A stretch of 64,000 bases of DNA, from the NCBI RefSeq assembly GCF_009914755.1, contig NC_060927.1, one strand, 5' to 3'. The notes beneath the pieces were generated by a model, which was not told the DNA's origin, made no database searches, and worked only from the letters and a program-made list of their open reading frames with translations. Of the stretch, positions 14,090 to 29,204 are shown piece by piece; positions within the stretch are counted from its first letter, which is position 1, and each line of letters starts with the position of its first letter. The stretch comes from the human T2T-CHM13v2.0 reference genome, Homo sapiens. Position numbers and translations under genes: made by a program.

Positions 14090-14563
14090 ACAGATTTAAG
14101 GACAAAAACCATATGATTATCTCAAGCAATGCAGAAAAATATTTGAAAAAATTCAACATCTCCTGTTAAAAACTCTCAACAATTAGGTACATAAGAAATT
14201 TACTTCAAAGCAGGAAAAGCCCTACCTGCCAAACCCACACCTAATGCTATACTAAACATGGAAAAGTCAGTAGCTTTTCATTTATTATCTGTCACAAGAC
14301 AGGAATGTCAATGGCCACTTTTGCCACTTCTATTCAATATAGTACAAGAAGGCCTAGCCAGAGTAATTGGTCAAGATAAAAAAACTTAAGGTATACAAAT
14401 TAGAAAATAAAAAGTTAAATTGTCCATGTTTATGGATTGAAGAATTAATATTATTAAAGTGTCCATACTACCCACAGCAATGTATAGTTTCAGTGCAATC
14501 TCTATCAAAGTACCAATGCCCTTCTTCATAAAAATAAAAAGAAAACCCTAAAATTGATTTGGA
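14090..14563 (+). mobile_element. Inverted 5' arm of the same L1MA (ORF2 segment)
   Basis: ggacaaaaaccatatgattatctca...ctaaaattgatttggaa; its outer end abuts, in L1 coordinates, the start of the antisense arm. Confidence 0.82.
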
Positions 14564-17099
14564 ATTATTCGGTTTTTTTTTGTTTAATCATAGAGGAATA
14601 TTCCACTCATGGTGTCAGTCTGTTGATGTAATTGTAATTTATTTTCCCTTTACATGTAGTCTATGTCTAAAGTTGAAAAACAGTGATTTCAGATTTACTG
14701 TTTTATTAAAATCTTATTTCTTATTGTTGTTTAAGTTCAGAGACAATCTTATAATATATGTTAATTTGCATTTATGACTCAATATTTCCACTGAAAGCCT
14801 CAGTTATTGTAGTGTTATAGTATCCATGTTATACATATTAATATGCCAACATGTCTCCCTCATTCTGGCTTACTTTAATATTTTTTACATAATGAAATTC
14901 AGTTACTTTTAGTACAACATGCTAAGTTATTTATAATTTAAAAATTAAAAAGCTAATAAATCACTTTCATAAACATATTTGCATTTTTTTAAAGTTCTGA
15001 GAAAGCATAAGACATTATAAATGTAATTGGAGAAAAGCCAAACATATTAATTTTGCAAACTGTTTTAAGTAATTGCATGATGCAGTAGTGCAAAAAAATT
15101 CATTGTATGGATGATGCTGAATGTAGAGTTTTAATGAGTTCTTCATTTTGGAAGATGTATTAGTAAAACTTTTTTTGTGGGGACAAGTGTTTCACTTGTT
15201 TTTTTTGTGAGATTAAAATAAATTCCATTTTTTTTGTGAGATTAAAATAAATCCCTTTCACACAAAATAAGTATTTATCAAACATTTTGAAGATAAGTTG
15301 AAACTTATTTATCTGAGTTAATACTACTTCTGAATATCTTTTACCACAAATAATTTTGTTGTGCAATTTTCTCCAGAAGCATAAACTTGAGCATGAAATT
15401 AGCCATTTTAGCCTCACATTATTTTCATTGAGGATTCCAATATATATTTAATAATTCATGAAATATTACTATATAGTAAATAAAAATTTTTTAAAAATCA
15501 AAGACTACAATGAAGATTTTGAAATGAATACCATATTCTTCATATCAATTATCTTGGAAAGATATACATTTATTTCACCAAGTACAATATTGTCATTATA
15601 GAAAATATTTTTTCATATTTACCATTGTAACTGGAAGATAAATTTCACATTCAAAACCAAGTTGAGATTTTTTTCAAAGCAATAACTAGTTGATTTCAAA
15701 GACACCAAAAACATTTCTAAAGTATAATGCTTTCTGTTATGAGAATTATTATTTTAAAATTGATTTCAAAAGAATTTCTAAAACTTTTGGATGAATTTTA
15801 TAAGTATTCTTGGATGAGCTGCTGCCCACCTAAAGTAACAATTAGTGACTGTAGCGTTTAAAATTATATTCAATTTTGTTTCTCATGTTTTGATATTTTT
15901 AAAAATTTTTCTGACAAATTTTGTTTCTTTCCAAAAGAAATGATCAATGGTGATAACAGAATGTCAATAAAAGAAATGGAATGTGAAATGCTCTCACTGT
16001 AGTGTATTAGGAAAATATGCCATTTTATAAGAACTGATGATAGATACTCTGCTGAATGTCATTTTATACAGGAAAAACTGCTCCAAATATTCCATTTCAT
16101 CCTGGGCTGTAGAGGCAATAATATCTTCGTGATTCAGGAATAAATAGCAGAAATATTGTTTGGTACTAATAAAGCTTTTCTCATATCTCCTTGAGATGTC
16201 CAAGTAAAAATTTTGAATATTCAACATATTTGTGTGTTAAGAAAAACATTTTCACTACCAGTGAATTATTTGTCTATCTCAATTTTAGGAATTACATCTA
16301 AATAGTTTTTATATCTGTATAGTAGCCCCTTCTTAAGGAGTTTTAAAATTATAAGATGTCCCCTACCTTATAACCTATGTTTTCTTTTAAAAACATTAGG
16401 TAAGTGAACAAGGTATTGAACATCACTGGATAAATCAAAATATTTTAGTTACACATCATGTATGAAGAACACAGTGTATTTATTTTTAATGAAGATGTTT
16501 GTACAAATAGAAACTAACCTTTTAGCACTTTTCAATCAGGTCTGACATAACTTTTATTGCCTTTGTTATCACGCTGCTCCACCAACTGCTAAATTGCTGG
16601 CTACTGTTAAACCTAGGGCTAAATCCTGGTTTCCTTTAACTGGCTGTGTTTCTCATCATCTATAAAAATAATGTAACATGTGCCTAATGAGTAAGTTTCT
16701 CGGGAGACTGCAAGTTAAAACCTAAGTGTCATTAATACAATATTTTGCATGTTGTAGATTTTCAATGAATATTCGTTGTGGTTTTATCAGGATCTGGGGT
16801 GAGTAGGAGGTGCTGGGTGTATTAACATAGTTTTTTTTTAATTTGAAGTAGTGCAGCAACAACAGGAGCACATATGCACAGAGACAAAAACTTGAAAGAG
16901 GACCAAAGCCAGAACACGAAAGTACAACTTTTAATATTAAACATTAATCGAACTGTAAAAAATATAGAATGTGATAAATAAAACCACATTAACTTTATGA
17001 AAACCACAATTTTGAGTTCAAAGAAAATTATTTAAACTCAGTAAGAATACATTTATGACCTCAATTTACTAAGGGTACAATGGTTTGTGACTACATTAA

Positions 17100-18172
<1,073 letters not shown>

Positions 18173-18499
18173 ATTTAATTTTTGAACCAAAAAATCCCTT
18201 GTACTTTTATAAACTTTATTTCCTTTTTTATTATACTGTACATTTTTCTAGCAGAATTAAGCTAAAATGGCATAACAAAGTGTCAAAAAGTTAAATTATT
18301 CAAACAGGACAGGATTCATTCTTTCCTAGCAGCATCCCCTCTGTAATGGAAGATTAATAGATCACAGACCAGCTGTTTTAACCCCTTTTCTCTTAGTAAT
18401 TTAAAATGTGAGAAAGAAAGTGCTTTAGCATCAGATGATCTACATTAATATGCATAGTAAATTCTTTTATAACAGTGTACACGTAAATGGAAAATTATT

Positions 18500-19735
18500 G
18501 AGGAAAATGAACAATGTCCTCCTATAAGTCAAAAGTTATAAAATATTTCAAATATCAGAAAATATAAGAGTAATATTGCACATACAAATGTACTACCACC
18601 CATATTTCAACACAGGTTATTATTTTGCCATATCTGCTTTATATGTTTAAATAAAATTAGATAGTTACATACAGTTAGAGTACCATCCTCAAGCCTCAAT
18701 ATTAATACTATCCTTCTCACCTAAGTAAAAATAACAATATGTAAATCGGTTTTGTTTTTTAAAGCTTTACGTGAAAGAAATCATACTGTATACATTTGAA
18801 ACTTTATTTTTTCACTGATAATTATATTTTGTAATTTAGCTATGCTCATATATGCATGTGTTTATTTTCTTCTTAAAATTGAAACACATTTTATTTTTGA
18901 ATGTATTACTGCTAATTTATCCAATTATTTATTGATCTATAATAAAGTGGGGACCCAATTTTTAAATAATTCTAAGTAGCACTGTCATAGACATCTTTGT
19001 TAATGCCTCCTTGCACATATGAACAATTTTAATGTGAAACTTTTCTTCTAGAATATTTACCTAGAATTTGAATTGCAAGGTCATAGAATGTGCAATTATA
19101 AAGTTTCTCTTCAAGAGCAAAGCATTTTTATTATCATTCTTTAAGCCTTGACAAAACTTTGTATTCAGACTTTTAAATGTTAATTATTTAGCATTTAAAA
19201 TTATTTTTCTTTAGTGCATTTTCATTTCTCTTATGAATGTTGTAAGTATATTTTCATATATGTTTCCTGATTATATAATGTGCCAACATTTTTGTCTATT
19301 TCTTATCCATTATTATATCAATTGTGATTATCCTCTCTCTTTTTTTAAATCTATAACAAATACTATCTTCCAGATTATAGCTTTTCTTTCTTCTTTCTTT
19401 TATATACTTTGTATCATATGGCTTTTAAAGTTAAATTTCTTATTCTTATTTTTATTTGTGGGCTTATTAAATTTGTTCAATAATTTCTTCTAAACAATAA
19501 TATTTTAAATAAATTCTTGACCATTTATTATATCAGTTACTTCATAGATTTATTACTATTGTCCATCATAATTTTAAAATTTCATTTCCAAGTGGTTTCT
19601 GGTGTGTAGAAACAGTACTGACTTCTGTTAATGGCTCTTGTGTTAAGGGAACATGCATATTTATCTTAAAGTTCTTCTTTTTTTTTTTTTAATTTATTGG
19701 TTCTGATTCAGACTATTATTTCATCTGCAAACAGC
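18500..19735 (-). mobile_element. Very old L1ME-type 3' fragments, antisense
   Basis: Patchy similarity: aaatcatactgtatac, cacatatg...cctagaa...gaattgc...ggtcatag, tcatctgcaaacag. Confidence 0.5.
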
Positions 19736-20011
19736 AACCAGTTTAGAGCCCAAACTTTAATACAATAAACTATTCAATATCCACTCTTTAGCTTAGAAGT
19801 AAAATTGAGAGAATCAATTGTGAAAGGTTTAGAAGAAATATTTAAAGCATGAATGAACAATGCTGTAAATAAAATGAATTATGCGAATATATGTATTAGC
19901 TATTTTAAAAATAAAAATGTCATATTTTCATAAAATATAAAACTAAGTTAAAAGTAATGGTGATGAATTTTTTTTACAAAATATAATTACTTAAACTACC
20001 TTAAGAATTTA

Positions 20012-20175
20012 TAGGGGGAGAGAGAGAATCAAGATAAATAGCTAATGCATGTGGGGCTTAATACCTAGGTGATGGGTTGATAGATGCAGCAAACAACCAT
20101 AGGACATGTTTACCTGTGTAACAAAGCTGTACATCCTGCACATGTATCCCAGAAATTAAAATAAATAAAATAAAA
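20012..20175 (+). mobile_element. L1PA (approx. L1PA10-13) 3' terminus
   Basis: aatagctaatgcatgtggggcttaatacctaggtgatgggttgatag...cacatgtatcccagaa plus (TAAAA)n tail. Confidence 0.88.
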
Positions 20176-20289
20176 TGCTAAATAAATAATGTACACACAT
20201 ATATACCTATATATGCAGACATATGAGAAGAGGAAATAGATCTAAAACCATTTTGAAATTTCAGAAAATAGTCAAAGTCTACTAGTGAA

Positions 20290-20495
20290 AAAACTTGTCT
20301 GGGGTCAAATCTATCTCTATGAATCTTCCCTATTAATTTAGAAATTACATTGGATAATATACTAAGGATGTCCATTTCTTACATTCTTGTTTCTCATCTA
20401 TATAATAAGAATAATTATATGCCCTCCTCATCAGGGTGAGTGGTGGGAATTAAATGAAACAATTTTAGTAAATTTATTTTACTAACTAAACACTC
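20290..20495 (+). mobile_element. MIR fragment
   Basis: gtttctcatctata...ctcatcagggtgagtggtgggaattaaatga...cactcaat core-like motifs. Confidence 0.5.
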
Positions 20496-20496
20496 A

Positions 20497-21520
20497 ATGC
20501 AAAGAACCTGCAAAGAATAGACATTTTTGTCAAAAAAGATATACAAAGGGCCAATACATATATGAAAAGATGCTCAATATTTGTAACCATCAGGAAAATG
20601 CAAATCAAAGCCAGAATGAGCTGTCATCCCATACCTGTTATTAGCATGATCGTTACAAAAAATCAAAAGATATCAAGAGTTAGAGAGGATTTGAATGAGA
20701 AACTTTGTTCCCTATTATAGAGAATGTAAATTTTTCAGCCGTTATAAAAAACAGTTTGTGATTTTCACAAAAAATTAAAGATAGAGCTACCATGTGAACC
20801 AACAATCCAAATGCTGGGTATATGCCCAAAAGAAAGTAATTTAGTATATTGAAGGGATATCTGAAGTCCCATGTTTTTTGCACAACTGTTCGCAATAGCC
20901 AAGATATGAAATCAACCTAAGTGCCTATTGACAGACTAATGGATAGAAAATTAGACACACACACACATACAGACAAATACACACACACAGACATATACAC
21001 ACGCCGGAATAGTATTAAGCCTTAACAAAGAGGAAAATGTTGTTGTTTATAAAAACATGGGCGAACCTGATAGACATTATGCTAAGTGAAGTAAACCAGG
21101 CATAGAAAGACAACTACTGTATGATCTCACTTATATGTGGAATCTGAAAAATTTGAACTTGGAGAAGCAGAGCGTAGAATAGTGGTTGCCAGCAATAGGG
21201 GGCAAGAAGAGTGGGAAGATGTTGGTCAAAGGGTACAAAGTTTCAGCTAAGCAGGATTAATGAATACATAAAATGTACAGCATGGTGCCAATAGTTAATA
21301 GTAAGTACTACACAGCATACTAGAAATTTACTATGACAGTAGATCTTAGGTGTTCTCAGTACACACTCAAAAAGGGTAATTATGTGAAGTGCTGGATATG
21401 CTTATTAGCTTGACTGTAGTAAATATTGCACAATGCATATATATATATCTAAACATCACGATGCATGCTCTAAATATATGCAATTTTTATCAGTCAATTA
21501 TACCACAATAAATGGGAGAA
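20497..21520 (+). mobile_element. L1MA8/9-type 3' end
   Basis: atgaaaagatgctca, caacctaagtg, attatgctaagtgaa, gggtacaaagtttcag, gtagatcttagg, tagcttgactgtagt, aataaa. Confidence 0.85.
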
Positions 21521-21743
21521 AATACAAAAATATTTTAGAATTATTTCAACCAATAATATTTATAATTGTTCTTATGAAACATAGGTTTTATTTTGTCATA
21601 GAATGTATATATTATGAGAAATTAGGTCGCTATATTGATCTAGGATTCTGAAGATTTGATTTCTATTCATGCCTGCAAATTCTAGCTATTTGACACTTGA
21701 CAAAGCCTTTTTCTAATCCAAAAATGATAGGATTAGACTACAT

Positions 21744-21941
21744 CAAGGGTCAGAAACTACTACTTGTCATGGGCAAAATATGACCTGCCACCTATTTTTG
21801 TGAATAAGTTTTAGCTACAGTATAGTCATGCCCCTTTTTTTTTACATGTTTTCTATGACTGCATTTGCACTACAATAGCAGAGTTAAGTGGTTGTTCTTA
21901 AAGATACAAATTTTTAACATTGGCCCATTTTCGAAATCCTG
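21744..21941 (+). mobile_element. MER58A (hAT-Charlie MITE) inserted in a MIR-like region
   Basis: caagggtcagaaact...tttttgtgaataagtt...tacaatagcagagtt...cctg; intact 8-bp direct repeat gactacat (21736-21743 / 21941-21948). Confidence 0.8.
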
Positions 21942-22899
21942 ACTACATCATTTTTAAGGTTCTTCTCTGTGCTATTATTCTATAATTCTACAGATAATAA
22001 TTATTTCTGAATGTGTCAACCTGTTTTAAAAGAAGAAATTATAGAATATAGTAAAATACATCTTTCTCTTCTTCTATTCATGTAGAATAACCAAGCTCTA
22101 CATATTCTGAGATATCCTAATCACAGACCTCTGTGTTTAATTAAAAATCAGTTACCTACAAAGCTGCTGGTGACTGGTGGTAGGCATTGTTTGTTCTGAT
22201 TCTCTATCCTATGCTTACAGCACTACTTCAAATAAGCTTATCACCTGCTACCATTACTGTACCTCTTAATTCTACCTTTTATTCAACCTACACTAATGCT
22301 AGATCATCTACGAGACCAGAAAAATGTCCTATCTATGTTCTGCTGTATTGTGCACCCAGGTACTATATCAGCCCTGCAATGGCAACTATCCAACCTCCAG
22401 GCAAGGACTATATCACATTATAGTTTTATAATTCCATTTTGAAACCACTATTTTCCTAAAACTGGATACCACTGACTAACTCAAGTCATCCCACTTTCCT
22501 CATGAATCTGAAATCTACCCTCCTGGATGGTCTTCAGTCTTCAAAGTAGCATATTGCTCAGTCAATTCTATCTTCTTTCCATTCTCATTCTGTACTATCT
22601 TCCTGTGATAAAATGTTCCATATTATCCAGTTACATAAAGGAATGTGTTGGGTTTAATTATGTACTAATTTAGTAATTGATAGCCTGAAAATTGCAACTG
22701 CCACTTGTGTAACTCCCTCCAATTCGTAATTGGACAGAGGTTACTTTGAGATTGGATTGGGCTTAAGTAGTACTCCCCTGTTTCCATAGGATTGTTGTAA
22801 GTAGCATCAAATCTTATAACTCTTATAACTAAGGTAATTTATGAAGCATTAGGAACCAAATTAAATTCTAGAAGGTTTTTAGAGTTGTTGAAAGCACAG

Positions 22900-23110
22900 A
22901 TTTCAGTTAGACTGATATGTGTTTGCATAACAACTTTACTCCTTGTTTTAATCATCACTGAACTGTTTTAGTGCCCCTCACTTCATTTTAAATGAAAAAA
23001 ACAGAATTTACAATAATTACTTTTGAAAAAGTTAAATTAGGTGAATCATGCAATATGCTTACCACAATGGCTAGCACATGTTAAGCACTCAAAAAACAGT
23101 TGTTATCATC
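22900..23110 (+). mobile_element. MIR fragment
   Basis: cctcacttcattttaaatgaaa...gttaaattaggtgaatcatgcaatatgctta...tggctagcacatgttaagcactcaa. Confidence 0.6.
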
Positions 23111-24374
23111 GCAAGATTATTGTTACTCAGTTGTTGAGGAAATACAAAAATTATAAGGAATTATTTTGGCAGATCAAAACATAATTTGACACCATTCAAT
23201 AATTCCTAGAACCTCTGCACTAAATAATGTGGCTTACTATGAGAATTGGCTTAAATGGCTATATGTCACTGAATAGAAGAAACAAAATAGAAACAAAAAA
23301 ACTTTGATACATAATGGAGAAAAATAACACAGTAAACCAGAAATGAAGAATAACTTAAAAAACACATAACAGACAAGAGGTTTAAGGTCTCCTTAAAATA
23401 TAGTCAAACTAAGCCACATTTTTGTCTACATCGTTCTGTTTGTGATGATGCTCTAAAATGTTCAAAGTTTAAGCATAATTTGAAGAGATTTCAGCAGAAT
23501 AATAAGGTAATAAATAGATAAAGGAAGTAAGACCATGAGGAGAAATACAAACTTAAAAAAAAGAAATGAGGCTGAGTTATATAATATTTATAGTATATAA
23601 AAAATATTATTCAATGGAGAATGACAAGCTATTTTCCTTCACTACTTAGAATGTAGGAAGATCAAGGAGATTATACTGAAGAATAGAGGGTATAAGCTAC
23701 ATATAACAAAGAATTTTCCAACAGTTAAGAATGCTAAATGTGAAAATTAGTTATCCAAGGAGGTCCTTTACAAAGAAAGAGAGTTTCATCATCTAAATTA
23801 GTTTAAATGTGATCTTGCCTGAAAGCCAGAAAATGGGATCTACTGCCTTTCAGTATTCCATGCAGCCTTGTGATTCTTTGAATAAATATTTGAGTAATGT
23901 TATTATATTTTTTGCAATGGAAAGATTTTGTGCTTGTAGGATAGATTACCAGTCATATTTCAGCATCACCTTCACACATTCACATTATCATACTCCCCTG
24001 AAGAGATATGTATATCCTCTTACAAGTGGGTTTCCTATGGAGGCTCTAAGCACAAACTCTGTTCCATATTGCCTTTATCAGGATTTGATGCTGAGCTCAG
24101 TGGGCATTAGAGCTTTTAAATGAATACATTTCAGAAGCACAGAGAACTGAACTTTAAATGGCTTATATTGTTCATAAAGCCTCTAGCCTTTAGAATAAAG
24201 ACACCAGTGCATTCCCAGGAAATACTATTTGCTATCCCCTAAACACTATAAAATAAAGTGTTAGGAAGTAAGGTTTTATTCTGAGAAGAGGCAAATACAA
24301 ACATGAAATGCAGAAGAAATAGAAGATTCCTATGGTATTAGGCTGGAATTGGAGGTTTCCATATATATAGAGAG

Positions 24375-24377
<3 letters not shown>

Positions 24378-24416
<39 letters not shown>
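24378..24416. repeat. (TG)n microsatellite
   Basis: About 19 uninterrupted TG units in a TA-rich patch. Confidence 0.98.
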
Positions 24417-24418
<2 letters not shown>

Positions 24419-24612
24419 TATATATATCAATCTACATATATTAATATGTATATATAAAATGCCTAGCTCTACCCACTGAAATTGCCTAAAAGCAACAAAA
24501 CACCATTGACATCAAGAAAACAGAGGTCTTTGTAGAAATTAATAATTCTAGTACTAGAAAGGGAAAATTATGAGATATTCTTGACGCATCTTGTATCAGA
24601 AAGTCAGGAAGT

Positions 24613-24923
24613 CAGTCATTCCTTGGTATCCACAGGGGATGGTTCCAGGAGTCCCAGCAGACACCAAAATTCATAAATGCTCAAGTCCTTTGTGTAAAAT
24701 AGTCTAGTATTTGTATATTCAGATTCTGCCCTATATGCTAAAGCATCTCTAGATTACTTACAATACCTAATAAAATGTAAATTCTGTGTAAATAGTTGTT
24801 AACTGTATTGTTTTTATTTATGTTATTTTTATCATAATTATTTAAGTTTTTTTGGAAAAAAATTTTTATCCTTTGTTGGTTGAATCCACAGATGCAGAAC
24901 TCATAGACATCGAGGGCCATCTG
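24613..24923 (+). mobile_element. MER2 (Tigger-type MITE)
   Basis: cagtcattccttggtatcc...ggttccagga...atgctcaagtcc...ttggttgaatccacagatgcagaac...gagggccatctg, followed by TA. Confidence 0.85.
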
Positions 24924-24925
24924 TA

Positions 24926-25725
24926 TTTGTTATCAGTGATAAAAGTTGAGCTTTCAACCAAACATTAGAATTTTGGAAAACATGCACCTACCACCAAAAT
25001 CTTGACAGATTCCCAGTACTTAGCCTTTGTTGATGAAATTGATGGTAAGTCTCTTTTTATATTTCATAAATACATATGTCAAAATTGTTTTTTCTGCATA
25101 ACTCATTGAACTAATATTCCCAAATGGCTGTAATGTCATAACATCACAAATGGAGAAGGAATCCACTCAAAGAGCAAGGTAGGCCAATAAATTTTAATGT
25201 AGTAAAGTACAAAAAGCTTATTTGTATGGTTTTATATTCCGTGTGCAACTGATCTTAAAGAAACTACCGCTTGTCAAAATTTGGTGTGACATCAAAGATG
25301 TATATTCACGCATTTCTGTGTGACGCTGAATTTTCATCGTGTACTTCAACTAAAATAACATACCACAACTGACTAAATAAAGAAATAAATATGAGAATCC
25401 AGCTACCTTGTGTTTGGCCAGTCTTTAAAAAAAATAGCCAAAATGAAAAACAATGTAATCATTCTTTATTTGGGTTTTGAAGTGTTTATTTATTTATTTA
25501 GTCAGTTTTGAAATACTTAATGTTGATATAAATATGTTTTAAGGTATATTATGAGTTTATTTTAATGTTAAGGTAAGTTAATAAGTGAAAGTTTTAAATT
25601 ACCAATATTAATAACTAATATGGCAAATCTAGATAAAACATGCATAACACGAACCTTTCTAGGGTAATAAGAATTTTTCAAGAATATAAGAAAGTATCTA
25701 AGAATGAAAAATTTGAGTGTCTCTG
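24926..25725 (+). mobile_element. Charlie1-type hAT DNA transposon, 3' part
   Basis: Decayed transposase: ...LEFWK at ~24965 and FLCDAEFSSCTSTK at ~25313 (hAT dimerisation motif, cf. YLCEAGFS); terminus aaaaatttgagtgtctctg. Confidence 0.75.
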
Positions 25726-25834
25726 TTTTTCAAAAATAAATTACAGGCTGCACAATGGTAGCATTTCTTAATTTATGTCATACACTATAGGTTAATTCAC
25801 AGCATACAATTATAAAATTGTACAATAATCATTT

Positions 25835-28015
25835 TTCTTTTTTAATTTTTATGGATTTTTAATTTTTATGCATGTTTTATGGAGCACATGTGATATTTTG
25901 ATACAAGCATGCAATGTGTAATAATCAAATCTGGGTAATTAAGACAGCCATCACCTCAAAAGTTTATTGTTTCTTTGTGTTGAGAACTTTATGAATCTTT
26001 TCTTCTACTTATTTTGAAATATACAACAAATTATTATTAACTATAGTAGACTTATTGTGCCTTTGAGCACTGGAACTTATTCCTTCTAAATAAATATATT
26101 TTTGTACACATTAGCCAACTCCTCTTCATGTCTCCCTCCCCACTAAACTTTACAGCCTTTAGTAACCACCATTCTGCTCATTATCTCCATGAGATCAAAT
26201 GTTTAGCTGACACATATGACTGAGTACATGTAATATTTGTCTTTCCATACTTGGTTTATTTCACTTAACATAATGACCTCCAGTTCCATCCATGTTGCTT
26301 CAAATGACAGAATTTCATTTTTTTGTGGTTAAATTATATTACATTACCATACATACCACAGTTTCTTTATCTATTCAGCCATTGATTGGCACTCAGATTC
26401 ATTTGTTTTCTTGGCTATTGTGAATAGTGTTTCAGTAAACATAGGAGTGTAGAATCACTACAATATACTGATTTTTTTTTCTTTTGAATAAATGTCCTGC
26501 AGTGAGATTGCTTGATTATGTGATAGTTCTATTTTTAGTTTTATTTAAAATCTTTCTTGCTGTTCTCCATAGTGACTGTATTAACTTACATTCCCACCAA
26601 GAGTGTACAGGTGTTCTTTCTCCATGATGTGTTGAACATTTGTTATTGTCTGTCTTTTTGATAATAGTCATTTTAAGTGGAGTGAGATGATATTTCATTA
26701 TGGCTTTGATTTGCGTTTCTCTGATAATTAGTAATACTGAGCATTTTTGCATGTCACTTTTGGTATTTATATTTTGATGAATCTTTATTTTGATCTTTTG
26801 CTCATTTTAAAATCAGATGATTATTTTTTTCTGTTGAGTCATTTGCATCACTGATATACTCCGTTTCTTAACCACTGGTCGGATGGATAGTTTACAAATA
26901 TTTTCTTTCATTTTGTAGCTTTAATTTTAATTTGTTTATTGTTATCTTTGTTATGCTTAGAAGTTTATTAGCTTGACGATTTTCTTGCAGTCCTTTCATA
27001 GTTTCAAGGTTTACATGTAAGTCTGTGATCCATTTTGATTATATTTTTGGGTATGGTAGGAGACAAAAGTCTAGTTTTATTCTTCTGAATATGAATATCC
27101 CATTTTTACAGCTTCATTTATTAAAGAGGAGGTGCTTTCCTTACTGTATGTTCTTGGTGCTTCGATCAAAAATGAGTTGGCTGTAAATGCATGGAATAAT
27201 TTCTCTTTTATTTTGTTCTGTTGGTCTATGTGTTTGTTTTCATGCCAGTACCATGCTCTTTTGATTACTATAGCTCTGTAGTATATTTTGAAGTCAGATC
27301 TTGTGATGCCTTCAGCTTTATTTTTGCTCAGAATTGCTTTTGTTACTTGGAGTCTTCTGTGGTTCCATACAAATTTTAGAATTTCTTATTATTTCTTTGA
27401 AGAGTGTTATTGATATTTTAATAAAGACTGCATTGAACATGTAGATTATTTTGGGTAGCATGGACATTTTAACAATGTTAATTCTTCCAATCCAGGGCTG
27501 TGGGATACCTTTCCGTTTATTTGTGTCCTCCCCAACTCCTTTGTTGTGTTTTATAGTTTTCATTGTAGAGATGTTTCAAATCTGTTAAGTTTATTAATAG
27601 ATATTTTATTTTCATAGCTATTATAAATATAACTGCTTTCTTGATTTTTTCAGATTTTCTATTGGCATATAAAAATGCTACTGATTTTTGCATGTTAAAA
27701 TAATGTTATGATTTTGATTTTGTATATTTTAACAATTGTCTTCCTCCTTTCCAATTTCAATGCCCTTTCTTGCCAGATTGTTTTGGCTAGGACTTCTAGT
27801 TGAATACCAGTTTAAGAGGGTATTCTTGTGCTGTTTTAAATCCTAGAGAAAAGGCTTTCAATTTTTCTCTGTGCAGTATGATGCCCGTCATGAGTTTGTA
27901 ATATTCAGCCTTTATTGTTTTCAGGTATGTTCCTTCTATATCTAGTTTGTTCAGAGTTCTTATCATGAAAAGATGTTAAATTTTAACAAATATTTTCTGG
28001 CATCTATGGAAATGA
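25835..28015 (-). mobile_element. L1MA (approx. L1MA2-4) 3'UTR and ORF2 end, antisense
   Basis: atgtgatattttgatacaagcat...ccatcacctcaa...ccagttccatccatgttg...gccagtaccatgc...ttttaacaatgttaattcttccaatcc. Confidence 0.9.
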
Positions 28016-28299
28016 CTGATCATCTTCTTTTGATCTTATTAGGCACTGTGAATATAATCTGATTTAGGAAATATTTATAGAAATCCTAGTTAGAAATGTT
28101 AATACTTATTATCAGAAATGTAATTACCAATGTTTCACATTATGGGGGACTCTCTCTTGCATTCAGTGAACGTTATTTACTAAGTACATTCCTGAAACTC
28201 AAATGCCACCATCTTTGCAAAGACACCATTGACTTACCCTAGACATCTATAATAGTTTTCTGATTATTAATTTGCTTTCGTTGTTGCCTACCAAGCTCC

Positions 28300-28902
28300 C
28301 CAGGAGCCACAGTGAACTTTTTATAAGACACTTGAAATATCATCTTTTTTTTCCTACTTCAAGTTTTCAAAAAGCAAAGTTGTTTTCGTTGATTTTTTGA
28401 TGGAAGCGAACCTCTCCTTTTTTTGATGGAAGCAAACCTCTCTTAACATGGTCTAGCCAATCCTGTCTCATCTGGCCCTTCCCTACTTCTCTGCCCTCTT
28501 TTAATACTCTCCTCCTTGTCCCGACTTGCTCACATTGTTCCAGTCACTCTGACCCCTTTTTGTTTCTTATGAATGCCAGGGCAATTCCTCACTCAGAATT
28601 TTGTCCTGAAATTCTAATTCCTCACAAAACTTAATTTGTCTTGTCTCAGCACATATGTAAGCCATTATATTGGTGCTCTCATTTCCAACAGATAACACTC
28701 TTCTATTGGAGTTATTCCAATGTTATACTTATCAGTGTCCCCAAAAATTATTTTATTCGTGTGTTTCTATGTTTATTGTTCATCGTACCAATCAGATTTA
28801 TAATCTCTGTGAAACAGAAAACTTGACTTTCTTACTCTCTAATGTGTTTCCTGGGGCTAATTCACAAAAGGCATCTGACAAATATGTGTAAAATAAATAA
28901 GT
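28300..28902 (+). mobile_element. L2 3' fragment
   Basis: Pyrimidine-rich L2 body (atctggccct...ccagtcactctgacc) ending in an L2-like tail (caaatatgtgtaaaataaataa). Confidence 0.55.
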
Positions 28903-29204
28903 GTGTTGATGTAAACACTATCTTTGGATACATAATGTTTTATAACAATATTAATATTAATTATGAACATTCTTTATCTTTTAGCTGTGATTATTTGAAA
29001 CAAAACTTTCTAGGTTATCTTTTAATATTCTAGTTTCCTTATTAAATTAATGAATCAATGTACTGATAAAGGTGGAAAGATGCAAAATATAAGATGCGGT
29101 TTTTATACATGATGATTCATTGTAAAATCTTATATGCGAGAAAGTAGCTGGTTTCAGAATTCAACTTCCCCTATAATTGTTTTACCTAAAAAAATGCTAG
29201 AACC

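Noticed and set aside
15994-16227. 77-aa minus-strand ORF in unique DNA
   Set aside because: No recognisable homology or convincing splice context; length is within chance expectation.
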